A DNA stretch of 64,000 nt from Octopus vulgaris. Taxonomy: Eukaryota. Made by a program: the position numbers and the translations under genes. Below, one piece after another: positions 29,299 through 41,379 of the stretch. The stretch lies in contig OX597833.1 of assembly GCA_951406725.2 (NCBI GenBank), positions 5,890,001 through 5,954,000 of the forward strand, in the 5' to 3' direction. The notes below the pieces were generated by a model that saw only the letters and a program-made list of their open reading frames with translations, had not been told where the DNA came from and searched no databases. The stretch's first letter is position 1. Every line of letters starts with the position of its first letter.

Positions 29299-29302
29299 CA
29301 GT

Positions 29303-29355
<53 letters not shown>

Positions 29356-29380
29356 CAGTAGCACCGGCAGCAGCAGTAGT

Positions 29381-29436
<56 letters not shown>

Positions 29437-29478
29437 CAGTAGCACCGGCAGCAGCAGTAGTAGTAGAAGTAGTAGAAA

Positions 29479-29517
<39 letters not shown>

Positions 29518-29540
29518 CAGCAGCAGCAGCAGCAGCAGCA
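28933..29540. repeat. About 600-bp mixed (AGT)n/(AGC)n trinucleotide tract
   Basis: Direct reading. Confidence 0.97.
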
Positions 29541-29981
29541 GGAGAACGCAATAAGAAAAGCTACGCTGGATGATTACCTGATCGCTAGAAATAGCAACTA
29601 AATCTCCCCTCATTTTTTTTCAATCATAGCACACAACCCCCTAAATTATGGCGGGAACATTGGATAAAGTAGTCCAAGACGTACTTCGTCTAAAATTAAG
29701 ACAAGAATGTCACAGGTTAGGCGGCTTTGAGCCTCGCCCAACTGGATATTACCAGACCAAGGGTTAAACAGCAGTAACAGCTATATTTAGTTCATTGGGA
29801 AGATTTCAGAAAACCCCAGGTTTTCAATAATTAAAGCTGGACACGGTTGGAAGATTAGAAGCATCGTATTCAACAGAGCGTGACTGCATGCAATGCAGTG
29901 ACGTCATAGGAATAAGTTATAGGCGGCATAGATCGATTGTTTTGTTCCATAACCAATAACGATTTGATCTTTAGCCATCTG

Positions 29982-30069
<88 letters not shown>

Positions 30070-30093
30070 CCTATCTATCTTTCTATCTATCCG

Positions 30094-30192
<99 letters not shown>

Positions 30193-30195
30193 ATC

Positions 30196-30252
<57 letters not shown>

Positions 30253-30274
30253 CCTATCTGTGTCGCTCTCACGC

Positions 30275-30319
<45 letters not shown>

Positions 30320-30352
30320 GTGTGTGTGTGTGTATGTGAAATATATATGTCA

Positions 30353-30580
30353 AGGCGCATGGTTCAGTGGTTAGAGCGTCGAGCTTACGATCGTGAGGTT
30401 GTGCGTTCGAATCCCGGACCGGGCTGAGTGTTGTGTTCTTGAGCAAGACACTTTATTTCACGTTGCTCCAGTTTCACCCAGCTGAAGAAATGAGTTGCGA
30501 CTTCACAGGTGCCAAACCGCATCGGCCCCTTTGTCTTTCCCTTGGATAACACTGGTGGCGTGGAGAGGGGAGGCCGGTAC
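30353..30580 (+). mobile_element. tRNA-derived CORE-like SINE
   Basis: A box TGGTTCAGTGG, B box GTTCGAATCC, then GTGTTCTTGAGCAAGACACTT. Confidence 0.75.
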
Positions 30581-31026
30581 CCTAAATGGTAAAATGATCT
30601 ACTTTAAACTCAATACTTTATAATACTTCAATGATTTTATACCATTTCCGAACTCGGGTAGTGTGAACCCCCACCCACCCGTTTCAATGTTCGGCTTTCA
30701 TTAAGCTGAATTCTTCCTTTTGTGTAACTGGTTCGTTGTATTGCAGTTCCTTTCATCGAAGATTACCAATTTAGGGAACCAAATATGCAACCCTTAACAG
30801 AGAATTCAGCAAACTCTGTAAACATGCTAAGAGGGTGTACCTGAAGAATAATAACGTGGATAAGACTGAATATTGACTGAATAGAGAGAGGTGGAAGACT
30901 GGCGGAATTGGTAATTATCGGATTAACCAATAAAAGAAATAAAGGACACGATTAAGAAATTCACAGACTTTCCAGAGATAGAATGAAGAATCTTAATCAA
31001 AGATAAGGTGTGGGGAGACTGGTTAT

Positions 31027-31081
<55 letters not shown>

Positions 31082-31086
<5 letters not shown>

Positions 31087-31212
31087 ATATTTCGGAATGG
31101 TCATTTTGCCAGTTTAGCCAATAAAAACACACGCACTATATATTTGGTGTTACTTTGCTTCAGTGTTATTTATTGGCTAAACTGGCAAAATGACCATTCC
31201 GAAATATAACAA
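31082..31212. repeat. Perfect 44-bp inverted repeat in a (TA)n-embedded module
   Basis: 31082-31125 is the exact reverse complement of 31169-31212. The module recurs without the inversion at about 45498-45598. Confidence 0.92.
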
Positions 31213-31269
31213 GATCTGTTTCAACACACGACTTCACATAAAAAACCTTGCACAACAAATATTTAAACG

Positions 31270-31297
<28 letters not shown>

Positions 31298-31301
<4 letters not shown>

Positions 31302-31500
31302 GAATTCACAAATAGGAAACAAAAGACGAATATAGGCGGTGTAGACAACAAACAGATGTATTAGTATAACGCTCGGGAAGTTAAAAAGTCTTTAACGTTT
31401 CGAGCTTACGCTCTTCCACAGAAAGGAACACAGAAAGAAACAAGGAGAGAAAATAAAGTATGTATAGTGGCTAGCGATCTATCATGGCGAATGCCGGACA
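31298..31500 (-). mobile_element. Mini-element with variant hammerhead core (31390-31425)
   Basis: Minus strand CTTT-CTGTGGA-AGAGC-GTAA-GCTC-GAA-ACGT-T-AAAG. Confidence 0.65.
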
Positions 31501-31809
31501 ATATATATAAAGTGAGTCAAAACAAATCCTAGCCACATGAGACCACTTTTCTGACGACTGGCTCCCATATCAGTCGTTAGGAAAGTGCTCTCACGTGGCT
31601 ACGAGTTGCTTTGACTATTTTTTCTAGCAAAGCTGGTGTTCACTAGCACCCTCCGCCACTTTAGCGACGACTGTACTCGTTGCCTTTCGGTTGTAAATTG
31701 CAAATGGCCACCTTGATAATTTATACATACATTTATACATACAGCGATGGTGCCCCAGCATGGCCGCAGCCTTCGGGCTAAAACATTTTTACGGATTTTA
31801 AGGATACTC

Positions 31810-31976
31810 TGCACAATTGTTTCTCTCTCCATTTTTTCCCTCGTAATCCTTTCTGTCGAAGAGCGTAGGCTCGAAACGTCAAATACTTTCCCATTCATCC
31901 CAAGCGTTAAACTAATACACCTGTCTTCGTTGTTCCTACGCCTGTCTTCGTCTTTTGTTTTCTGTAAATTTGAACC

Positions 31977-31980
<4 letters not shown>
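31810..31980 (+). mobile_element. Mini-element with variant hammerhead core (31849-31884)
   Basis: CTTT-CTGTCGA-AGAGC-GTAG-GCTC-GAA-ACGT-C-AAAT, ending in (TA)n. Confidence 0.65.
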
Positions 31981-32011
<31 letters not shown>

Positions 32012-32233
32012 CTTTTAATTGTTTCAGTCCTTAGACTGTAGCGATGCTGGGCCTCCGCCTTGAAGAATTTAAGTCGAATGAATCGACGCAGGATTATTTT
32101 CTTTAAGTTTCGTGCTTACTCTATCGGTCCTGGAGTCGATTCGTTCGACTAAAGGCGGTGCTCCAGCATGGCCGCAGTCAATGGCTGAAACAAGGAAAAC
32201 AATAAAAGAATAAAAGAATAAAAGAATATATAT

Positions 32234-33800
32234 AGGGTCATTCCAGAAACAATGCGGTTTTTTAAATATTTATTTTATTTTTCAAAATTAAGATAAAGTT
32301 CTTTTTTAATCTAAAATACGAGGGGCGTTCAATAAGTAATGCCCCTGACCCACTTCCCATGGCAGTAGAGCAACGAAACTTGGCACAGTTATTAGTCTTT
32401 TTTTACATAGGAACCACTCAGAGTTACACATTTCTCCCATCGTTTGATGCAGCTCTGGAGACCGTTTTTGTAGAAGACCCCAGTTTGGTCCTCCAGCCAC
32501 GACGTGACTTCAGAAATCAAGGCTGCATCATCTGGGAAACGCTTTCCTTTCAAAAACAACTTCATGGCTGGGAAGAGGTGAAAATCAGAGGGTGCAAGGT
32601 CAGGAGAGTAGGGGGATGGGGGAGGAGTTCATAGCCGCACGCCTGTGCTTCTGATCTGGCGACAAGCAGGTTGTGGACCAGAGCGTTGTCCTGCAGGAGG
32701 AGGATGCCTTTGCTGATCTTGCCCCGCCTCTTGATTTTGATAGCCTCTCTTAATTTCTTCAAAAGTGAAGCATAATAGGCTCCTGTAATTGTGGTACCCT
32801 TTGCCAGGAAATCTGTCATCACTACTCAGTCCTGGTCCCAGAAGACTGTGAGCATGACCTTGCCAGCGGAGGGCTGCACCCTTGCCTTCTTTGGAGGAGG
32901 TGAGTCACGGTGCTTCCACTGCATTGACTGGGCTTTGGTCTCTGGATCATAGTGATGGACCCAGGTTTCATCCTGTGTAATCAGTCTTCTGAAAATTTTG
33001 ACTCATCTTCTTGGCACATCTCCAAATTCATCCTCGAGCACTCGACGCGTTCTTGCTTCTGGAAAGGTGTGAGCAACCTGGGAATCCATCTGGCAGACAC
33101 CTTTTGCATATGCAAATGGTCATGAATGATAGTTTCCACAGACCCGATACTAATCTTGACCTCATGGGCTATTTGGCGAATAGTTATGCGTCGATTTTCC
33201 AAAATGGCAGCCTCAACTTGACGGACAGATGCCTCATCAATGGCAGAAGGGGGCGACCAGATTTGGGAGCTGTTTCCACAGAGTTCCGACCATGTTTGAA
33301 TTCACGATGCCAGCGTCTTACAAGGTCATATGATGGGGAACATCATCAGCATAAGTTACTTTCATTTCATCAAAAGTCTCCCGTGGTGTGCGTCCTTTCA
33401 AATACAAAAACCGGATCACTGCTCGACACTCAACTGGCTCCATTTTACACTTGACTCTGTTCAAATCAGAAACCAGAATTAGTTCAGAGCTGTAATTTGC
33501 CACTTAATCTATAGAGATATAAATAATTGCACATGCAAAATTTCAGCTAGATCAAACAACTGCAAGTGGGTTAGGAGCATTACTTATTGAACGTCCCTCG
33601 TATACTCTCCTTTATTTTTTACAATGCTCTTCCATTTCTCTGATAGACCTGCAACGCCCCTCTTCCAAAATTCACTTGTCCGTGACGAAAAATGCTTCTC
33701 CAGCACTGTTCTGACTTCGTCTACAGAATTCATATCTTTTCGGTCCAAATGATTTGAAGACTGCGGAATAAATGATAATCAGATGGAGCAATGTCCGGCC
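32234..33800 (-). mobile_element. Older mariner 3' fragment that hosts a nested insertion
   Basis: 33603-33800 encodes [27 protein letters not shown]. The frame resumes as Y-ILD* left of 32318. Confidence 0.75.
32319..33600 (-). mobile_element. Full-length mariner (DD34D) transposon with disrupted transposase
   Basis: TA-flanked TIRs CGAGGGGCGTTCAATAAGTAATGC / GCATTACTTATTGAACGTCCCTCG. Motifs WIPRLL, ITQDETW, QDNA and SPDLAPSDF are spread across frameshifts. Confidence 0.93.
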
Positions 33801-33909
33801 AATATAAACATATGTATATCTATACACACACACACACATACACACACACACACACGTGTGTGTGTGTGTATGTTTATCTCTCTGAATACATGTAGATGTG
33901 TCTATGTGA

Positions 33910-33956
<47 letters not shown>

Positions 33957-34004
33957 AATTTATCTAACTCCCCTTCCACTCTCTCATTATTTCTCTCTCT
34001 CCAG

Positions 34005-34127
<123 letters not shown>

Positions 34128-34147
34128 GTATATATAAATATATATAT

Positions 34148-34185
<38 letters not shown>

Positions 34186-34222
34186 CATATATATATATAT
34201 ACATATATATATACATATATAT

Positions 34223-34276
<54 letters not shown>

Positions 34277-34336
34277 TAACATATAATTGCCAACCAAGTG
34301 TGGGGTCCTATATATAGAGATTTAATATAGTATAGC

Positions 34337-34371
<35 letters not shown>

Positions 34372-34865
34372 TGCACAAATGCACACACACATATCCTATA
34401 TGTGTGAGTGTGTGTTTGTGTGTGTGTGTGCGTATGCGTGTGTGTGTTTATACGTATGCTAGCAACAAAACCATTAACCTTTTCCAAACAAAGGATGACA
34501 TTATTTCCTTCGCCCGGTTCCGTTCTGCATTGTCTCTCCTCGGAGCCGATGGCGAAATCCAATTAAAGCCCGACTTGGTTCTTTTATCTGAACACAAACA
34601 CACAAAAGTGGATTAACTTCTGTTTGCATTGAATATAATTTCGTATTATGGACTAACGAGGAGACCTTTACATGGTCGCCCTATTTGCTAGATGTAGTAG
34701 CTAAAACATTCTTCAGCTCTCACTCAACTGTCTTAAAAAATGAAAGGAAACATAAAATAATATTAACTTTGATAAATTACTTGGATAGTCATGGCTGGGA
34801 CGTCTTTGAGATTCATTCTTTCAAGGTTAAGCTGAGGGTGAATAATAACTTCTATAGAAGAATAT

Positions 34866-35160
34866 GTGGAGGCGCAATGGCCCAGTGGTTAGGGCAGCGG
34901 ACTCGCGGTCGTAGGATCGTGGTTTCCATTCCCAGACCGGGCGTTGTGTGTGTTTATTGAGCGAAAACACCTAAAAGCTCCACGAGGCTCCGGCAAGGGG
35001 TGGTGATCCCTGCTGTACTCTTTCACCACTCTTTCTCTCTTTCTTCTGTTGGCCTGCTCGCTTAGCCAGCGGGGTGGCGTCGTTCGAAGGCTAAAACAAT
35101 GCGAACGCATTGTGACCAGCGATGTGTAGCAACATCTGATGGTCTAGTCGGTCACGTGAT
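34866..35160 (+). mobile_element. OR-like SINE, tail B
   Basis: Matches 8905-9207. Confidence 0.88.
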
Positions 35161-35170
35161 ATAAGAATAT

Positions 35171-35559
35171 GGGAATGGAAGCACTCCGTCGGTTACGACG
35201 ACGAGGGTTCCGGTTGATCCGATCAACGGAACAGCCTGCTCGTGAAATTAACGTGTAAGTGGCTGAGCACTCCACAGACACGTGTACCCTTAACGTAGTT
35301 CTCGGGGATATTCAGCGTGACACAGAGAGTGACAAGGCCGGCCCTTTGAAATACAGGTACAACAGAAACAGGAAGTAAGAGTGAGAGAAAGTTGTGGTGA
35401 AAGAGTACAGCAGGGATCACCACCATCCCTGCCAGAGCCTCGTGGAGCTTTTAGGTGTTTTCGCTCAATAAACACTCACAACGCCCGGTCTGGGAATCGA
35501 AACCGCGATCCTATGACCGCGAGTCCGCTGCCCTAACCACTGGGCCATTGCGCCTCCAC
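35171..35559 (-). mobile_element. OR-like SINE, tail A, with TSD TATAAGAATAT
   Basis: TSD at 35160-35170 and 35560-35570. Confidence 0.9.
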
Positions 35560-35834
35560 TATAAGAATATAAGGGAAGTGTCTTAGGAATTTGGTTCCGT
35601 AACCAAAGATTGATCGTTTAACAAATCCACAAACAACAAATCCGCAGGGTCGCGACTGCGTGGGAGCAAATGCTATGCGGTATTTCTTCCGACTATGGAT
35701 TTGAGTTCAACTCCAGCCGAAGTCAGCCTGGTCTTTCATCCTTTCAGCATCGATAAATGAGTTACCAATTCAGAGTAGTCGATTGGTGGAATCGTTAGGA
35801 CATTAGACCAGTTGCATTCTGGTATTTGCAGTCG

Positions 35835-36599
35835 TGGTTTCAAATTTTGACACAAGGCCAGCAATTTCGGAGAGGGGAAAAAAGTCCATTACATCGACCC
35901 CAGTACAAAACTGGTACTTAGTTTATCAGCCCTGAAATGATGAAGGACAAAGTGGACCTGACCGGAATTAGATCTCAGAATGTAAACACCGTCGAAATAC
36001 CTATTTCTTTACTACCCACAAGGGGCTAAACATAGAGGGGACAAACAAGGACAGACAAACGGCTTAAGTCGATTACATCGACCCCAGTGCGTAACTGGTA
36101 CTTATTTAATCGACCCCGAAAGGATGAAAGGCAAAGTCAACCTCGGCGGAATTTGAACTCAGAACGTAACGGCAGACGAAATACCCATTTCTTTACTACC
36201 CACAAAGACTAAACATAGAGGGGACAAACAAGGACAGACAAACGGATTAAGTCGATTACATCGACCCCAGTACGTAACTGGTACTTATTTAGTCGACCCC
36301 GAAAGGATGAAAGGCAAAGTCGACCTCGGCGGAATTTGATCTCAGAACGTAGCGGCAGACGAAATACCTATTTCTTTATTACCCACAAGGGGCTAAACAC
36401 AGAGGGGACAAACAAGGACAGACATAGGTATTAAGTCGATTACATCGACCCCAGTGCGTAACTGGTACTTAATTTATCGACCCCGAAAGGATGAAAAGCA
36501 AAGTCGACCTCGGCGGAAATTGAACTCACAACGTAACGCAGACGAAATACCGCTAAGCATTTCGCCCGGAGTGCTAACGATTCTGCCATCTCGCTGCCA
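35835..36599 (-). mobile_element. Meta-like SINE tandem array: one head, three units of about 184 bp, and one older terminal unit
   Basis: ATAC junctions at 35997, 36181, 36364 and 36547. Confidence 0.88.
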
Positions 36600-37585
36600 T
36601 CACCTGTATAAATATATTAGCGGTTAATTAAAAGTCCGAACCATAGATTCTGAACAATTTGTCAATCCTTTTTCTCTCTCACACTTCCCCAGCCCTTGCA
36701 CTAACCCATCTATCCCGACAGCCGGCTCCTACACCAGCAACGTTAAACTTTAAAGTTACTTAATTTGGCAGGAAATATCCTTCATTTTTAATAAAACCGG
36801 CGAAAGATTAACTTCAAAGAGATGGCCTGGTTCCCGACAATTACGGCAGAGAGAAAAATCATTGATTTGGGTGAGCGGAGACAAAAATCAATCTAATAGT
36901 GCAAAGGAACAGTTTAATGTGGATTAATTAGAAATCAGGATGATAAATCATCGAAGCCGTATGACTGTAAATAGTGGCCAACGATCTAAAATAAGAAATA
37001 GCAATCCGGTTTCGATTTAAGACTGAGACAGTTTCAGTTGCATTATTCATAGCGTTTAGAAAGCCATAAAACCCTTCACGTCCTTTTCTTCCATTCCTAT
37101 AATAGAGCGTGCAAGAGAGAAACCAGTCGGATTTTAGCGAACTATTGGAGTGGTTCCAGTGAAGTTAGGCAAGTGATAATTGTATGTTCACGGAGCAAAT
37201 GTTTTATCGTTTGTGTTTAGTGACCATCGCAGCTTGGATCGATTCACACCGAGCGTTTGCTCTTAAAACGCTTATTAACATGATGAATATGGTTGGGTTT
37301 GTATTCGGTTGCATCCCATATATCTTTGAAAGACGCTTACAGGAGATGTGACACGATTGTACTTCCTTAGATAACTGAGAGAGTTCAAGTTAAATGCTCT
37401 GAAGTAACTTGAAACACATCTCTACTGAATAAATAGCTTGAGATTTTTTTTTTTTATTTATGTAAAGTACTAAATATAGGGGGCAGCAGAAAAATCTCTG
37501 ATGTATTCGGCCATTGGTGTGGCACTAATGAGGTTAGACAGATGGTAAAGGGGTTTTGATGTAGCTAATATTTCATCGTGTTTTG

Positions 37586-38030
37586 GGGCGGTGAGCTGGC
37601 AGAGTCGTTAGCATGCCGGAAAAAATGTTTCGAGGCATTTCATTCGTCTTTGTGTTCTGCGTTCAAAATCCGCCGAGGTTGACTTTGCCTTTCATTCCTT
37701 GGGATCGATAAAATAAGTAGCAGTTGATCCCTGGGGTTGATGTAATCGACGTATCCCCTCCCTTCAAAATTGCTGGCCTTGTGCCAGAATTTTAAATCGT
37801 CATTATTAAGGTGGCGAACTGAAATAACCATTAGCACGCCGGACTAAATGCTTAGCGGCATTTCGTCCGTCTTAACGTTCTGAGTTCGAATTCCACCGAA
37901 GTCGACTTTGCTTTTTGTTCTTTCGAGGTTGATAAAATAATTGCCAGTGGGTGCAACGGGGTTGATGGAATCGACAAAACCCCTCCCCTAAAATTCCAGG
38001 CCTCGTGCCTAGAATTTAGAAAGGATTGTC
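37586..38030 (+). mobile_element. Two adjacent older Meta-like SINE copies
   Basis: Family head and core, with tail AAATTGCTGGCCTTGTGCC. Confidence 0.75.
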
Positions 38031-38838
38031 ATTACTATTAAACTTCTAGTTATAATCCAAAGACCATTCCCTTAACTCTGCGCGCCACCTTGTGACAATG
38101 TAATTAATCATTATTAAAGGAGACACGTTTTCAGTCGATTGACATATATATTATTCTTTTCACCATCCGGTTCCATAAATATTAAGGTTTCTATTTAAAT
38201 ATAAATATAATTGATACATCCATATATATTTGCATTTACGTATTTATTCTACTCTATCGCTTACCTCTCTCTTTCTCGTAATTTATTCCTTATCATCTCT
38301 AAAAATACTTCCCTTCTCTTTATCTTTATGCTGTCGCCTTCTCTGATAACCTCACTTAATCAGAAAGAAAATCTATCTGACATATTTATGAGGTCTTCTT
38401 TGTGTTATTATCCAAGAATGGATTTCCGTGCCTGCTTCCCTTCCATTTACTTCGATATATATTCCGTCTTTTGTTTCCCTTATTATTTTCGTTTATACCT
38501 GACGTACTTTGATGTTTTAAAGGTGTGTCTCGGTTATATTTCCTTTATTAGCTGTAATAAAAATAATTATCGCTGAAACACCTTCGTTTTCTGATTGTGT
38601 AGTGACATGGCAATGTTGTTCGCTATTATTTCAGTTCCACAAACGTTCGCGACTCATATATTACCGACTCTTTAGCAGAATTGACACACGAGTCAATCTT
38701 TGACCCATTTTTCTTTCTTCTTTTCTTTTGTATTTACAATTTTAAGGTAGTTGTATATGGGAAGGTAGATAGGATGTACACATTATATACACCCATCGTA
38801 TGTTATATGTTTTTATTTATGTACACTAATATATTACT

Positions 38839-39150
38839 GTGGAGGCGCAATGGCCCAGTGGTTAGGGTAGCGGACTCGCGGTCAGAGGATCACGGTTTCG
38901 ATTCCCAGACCGGGCGTTGTGAATGTTTATTGAGCAAAAACACCTAAAGCTCCACGAGGCTCCGGCAGGGGGTGGTGGCGATCCCTGCTGTACTCTTTCG
39001 CCACAACTTTCTCTCACTCTTTCTTCGGTTGGCCTGCTCGCTTAGCCAGCGGGGTGGCACCATTTGAAGGCTAAAACAATGCGAAGCGCATTGTGACCAG
39101 TGATGTGTAACAACATCTGATAGCCTGGTCGGTTACGGTGATCACGGTGA
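38839..39150 (+). mobile_element. OR-like SINE, tail B
   Basis: Family match. Confidence 0.87.
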
Positions 39151-39210
39151 ATATATAACTGATGGGCGTATGTATATACGGTATGTGTGTGTGGGTATGT
39201 GTGTGTGTAT

Positions 39211-39655
39211 AAGAGGGTAAGTCAAAACTTATCTGCACTTTCACCATAACATATCTTTATTATTGTCACATTGCCTTCTGCGCATGCGTGCTTAGAGTTG
39301 ATACTATTGTGGTCACGTGATCGAAGATTAAACCTGGTCGCGCCATATTTCTTTCTGGCTTTATAGTATAACTATGGCCGCTCCACTAGCAATGTGCACC
39401 AAAGAAGAACAAAGAGGGGAGATCCGATTTCACTGGTCGGAAGGTGTGTCAGGTGGTGAAATTTATTGGAGGTTTTTAGCACACAAAACGGGGGACAGTG
39501 CACTTCCACGTTGAAGTGTGTATAAGGGGTTTGAGAAGTTTAAAAGTGGCCGGAGAAGCTTGACGCGCGATGACGGAGCAGGACGCCGTCAACTTCCACC
39601 AGATAAGAAGATTCAGCAAACTCGAGAGATGGTAAGGGTGAACCGGTTCACCATT
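39211..39655 (+). mobile_element. Mariner 5' fragment
   Basis: MAAPLAMCTKEEQR..SEGVSGGEI..EKFKSGRRSLTRDDGAGR (HTH region). Truncated by a SINE. Confidence 0.7.
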
Positions 39656-39887
39656 ACCTATTTCTTTACTACCCACAAAGGGCTAAACACAGAAAGGACA
39701 AACAAGGACAGACAAACGGATTAAGTCGATTATATCGACCCCAGTGCGTAACTGGTACTTATTTAATCGACTCCGAAAGGATGAAAGGCAAAGTCGACCT
39801 CGGCGGAATTTGAACTCAGAACGTAGTGGCAGACGAAATACGGCTACGCATTTCGCCCGGCGTGCTAACGTTTCTGCCAGCTCGCCG
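39656..39887 (-). mobile_element. Meta-like SINE
   Basis: Family match. Confidence 0.87.
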
Positions 39888-40142
39888 TCTCTCGGATCAC
39901 TACTCTTTGTTTTTCTTAGGTGCACATAGCTAGTGGAGCGACCATACTTACACAGTAAAGCCAGAAGGGAAAATGGGGCGATCAGGCTTAAACTTGGATC
40001 ACGCGACCACAATAGCAGCAACTACAAGCATGCATGCTAGGGTTCGCAAAGAATGACCGTATTATGAATCATAATCAAATGTCCTTTCAAAGTGGAGCTA
40101 TTAAGTTTGACATGGCCGGGGCAAAGGTGGAGAAGTGAAGGA

Positions 40143-40280
40143 TTATTTTCCAGACCGAAAAATTCTGAGCATCCAAAAGCACGTCCGGAGGGCTATGTCG
40201 ACTTTCTGGTTTATGTGGGCACTCCAACTTACGTTGTTGTCGACGATTGGTCCGAGATCTCTCGTGATGTCTGATGTCGC
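40143..40280 (-). pseudogene. CR1-type LINE RT C-terminal fragment
   Basis: TRDLGPIVDNNVSWSAHINQKV..WMLRIF. Confidence 0.65.
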
Positions 40281-40397
40281 CCGAGGGAAGAGTAGATGAT
40301 GGATTAAGTGGTTTGTTTGAAATTTAATCTCGTTTAGTTGCATACTGCTTTTCCCTGTACACATGTCTACATAATATATTCATATATATTACATACA

Positions 40398-40700
40398 TGG
40401 AGGCGCAATGGCCCGGTTGTTAGGGTAGCGGACTCGCGGTCGTAGGATCGCGGTTTCGATTCCCAGACCGGGCATTATGAGTGTTTATTGAGCGAAAACA
40501 CCTAAAGCTCCATGAGGCTCCGGCAGGGGATGGTTGCGATCCCTGCTGTACTCTTTCGCCGCAACTTTCTCTCGCTCTTTCTTCTGTTAGGCCTGCTCGC
40601 TTAGCCAGCGGGGTGGCGTCATTTAAAGGCTAAAACAATGCGAAGCGCATTGTAACCAGCGATGTGTAGCAACATCTGATAGCCTGGTCGGTCACGTGAC
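40398..40700 (+). mobile_element. OR-like SINE, tail B
   Basis: Family match. Probable TSD ATATTACAT.CAT. Confidence 0.87.
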
Positions 40701-40766
40701 ATATTACATGCATGTATTTATGTATGTATGAATATATGTAGGTAGGTATGTATGTGTGTGTGTATG

Positions 40767-40800
<34 letters not shown>

Positions 40801-40938
40801 TGTGTGTATGTATGTGTGTATAAAGTGCTTGAAATGGTGTGCAGATATTGTATATTGAAAAAAAAGAGGCAGACAGAATTTTGGATAATTCTTTATTAGC
40901 GCTTTCGTTCATTTAAATGAACTCTACATGGCAAAAAT

Positions 40939-41019
<81 letters not shown>

Positions 41020-41255
41020 AACAGATATATGACTGTTACTGTTAACTTTCGACATCCACGTAGATTATTAAAGTCCACTCTGCTTCCAGTAGAGTCGTTA
41101 AGCGGTTCTTTGTAACATGATGCAATAAAGTGTTCCTTGAAGATTCCTGGTGGTGACGCATCCAGTTTCACTTGGAACATCCATTGCAGAATTCCAAACA
41201 ACCACAAAGTTGAAACGTACATAGGAACTAATATAACCTAATGTTTATCGTAATT

Positions 41256-41290
<35 letters not shown>

Positions 41291-41379
41291 CACACGCACA
41301 CACATACAAACATACACAAACATACAAACACACACATATAGGTGGTGAAAGTAATTCTTTCCGGAATATACGAATTATG

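Noticed and set aside
28658-29613. Poly-Ser/Leu/Val/Thr ORFs of 217-298 aa
   Set aside because: Translation of the trinucleotide tract, with no splice or unique coding context.
30353-30425. tRNA gene
   Set aside because: It has A and B boxes but no proper acceptor stem, and it continues into a SINE body.
35997-36550. CRISPR array or hammerhead retrozyme array
   Set aside because: Units are whole SINE bodies with no unique spacers, and there is no CUGANGA core on either strand.
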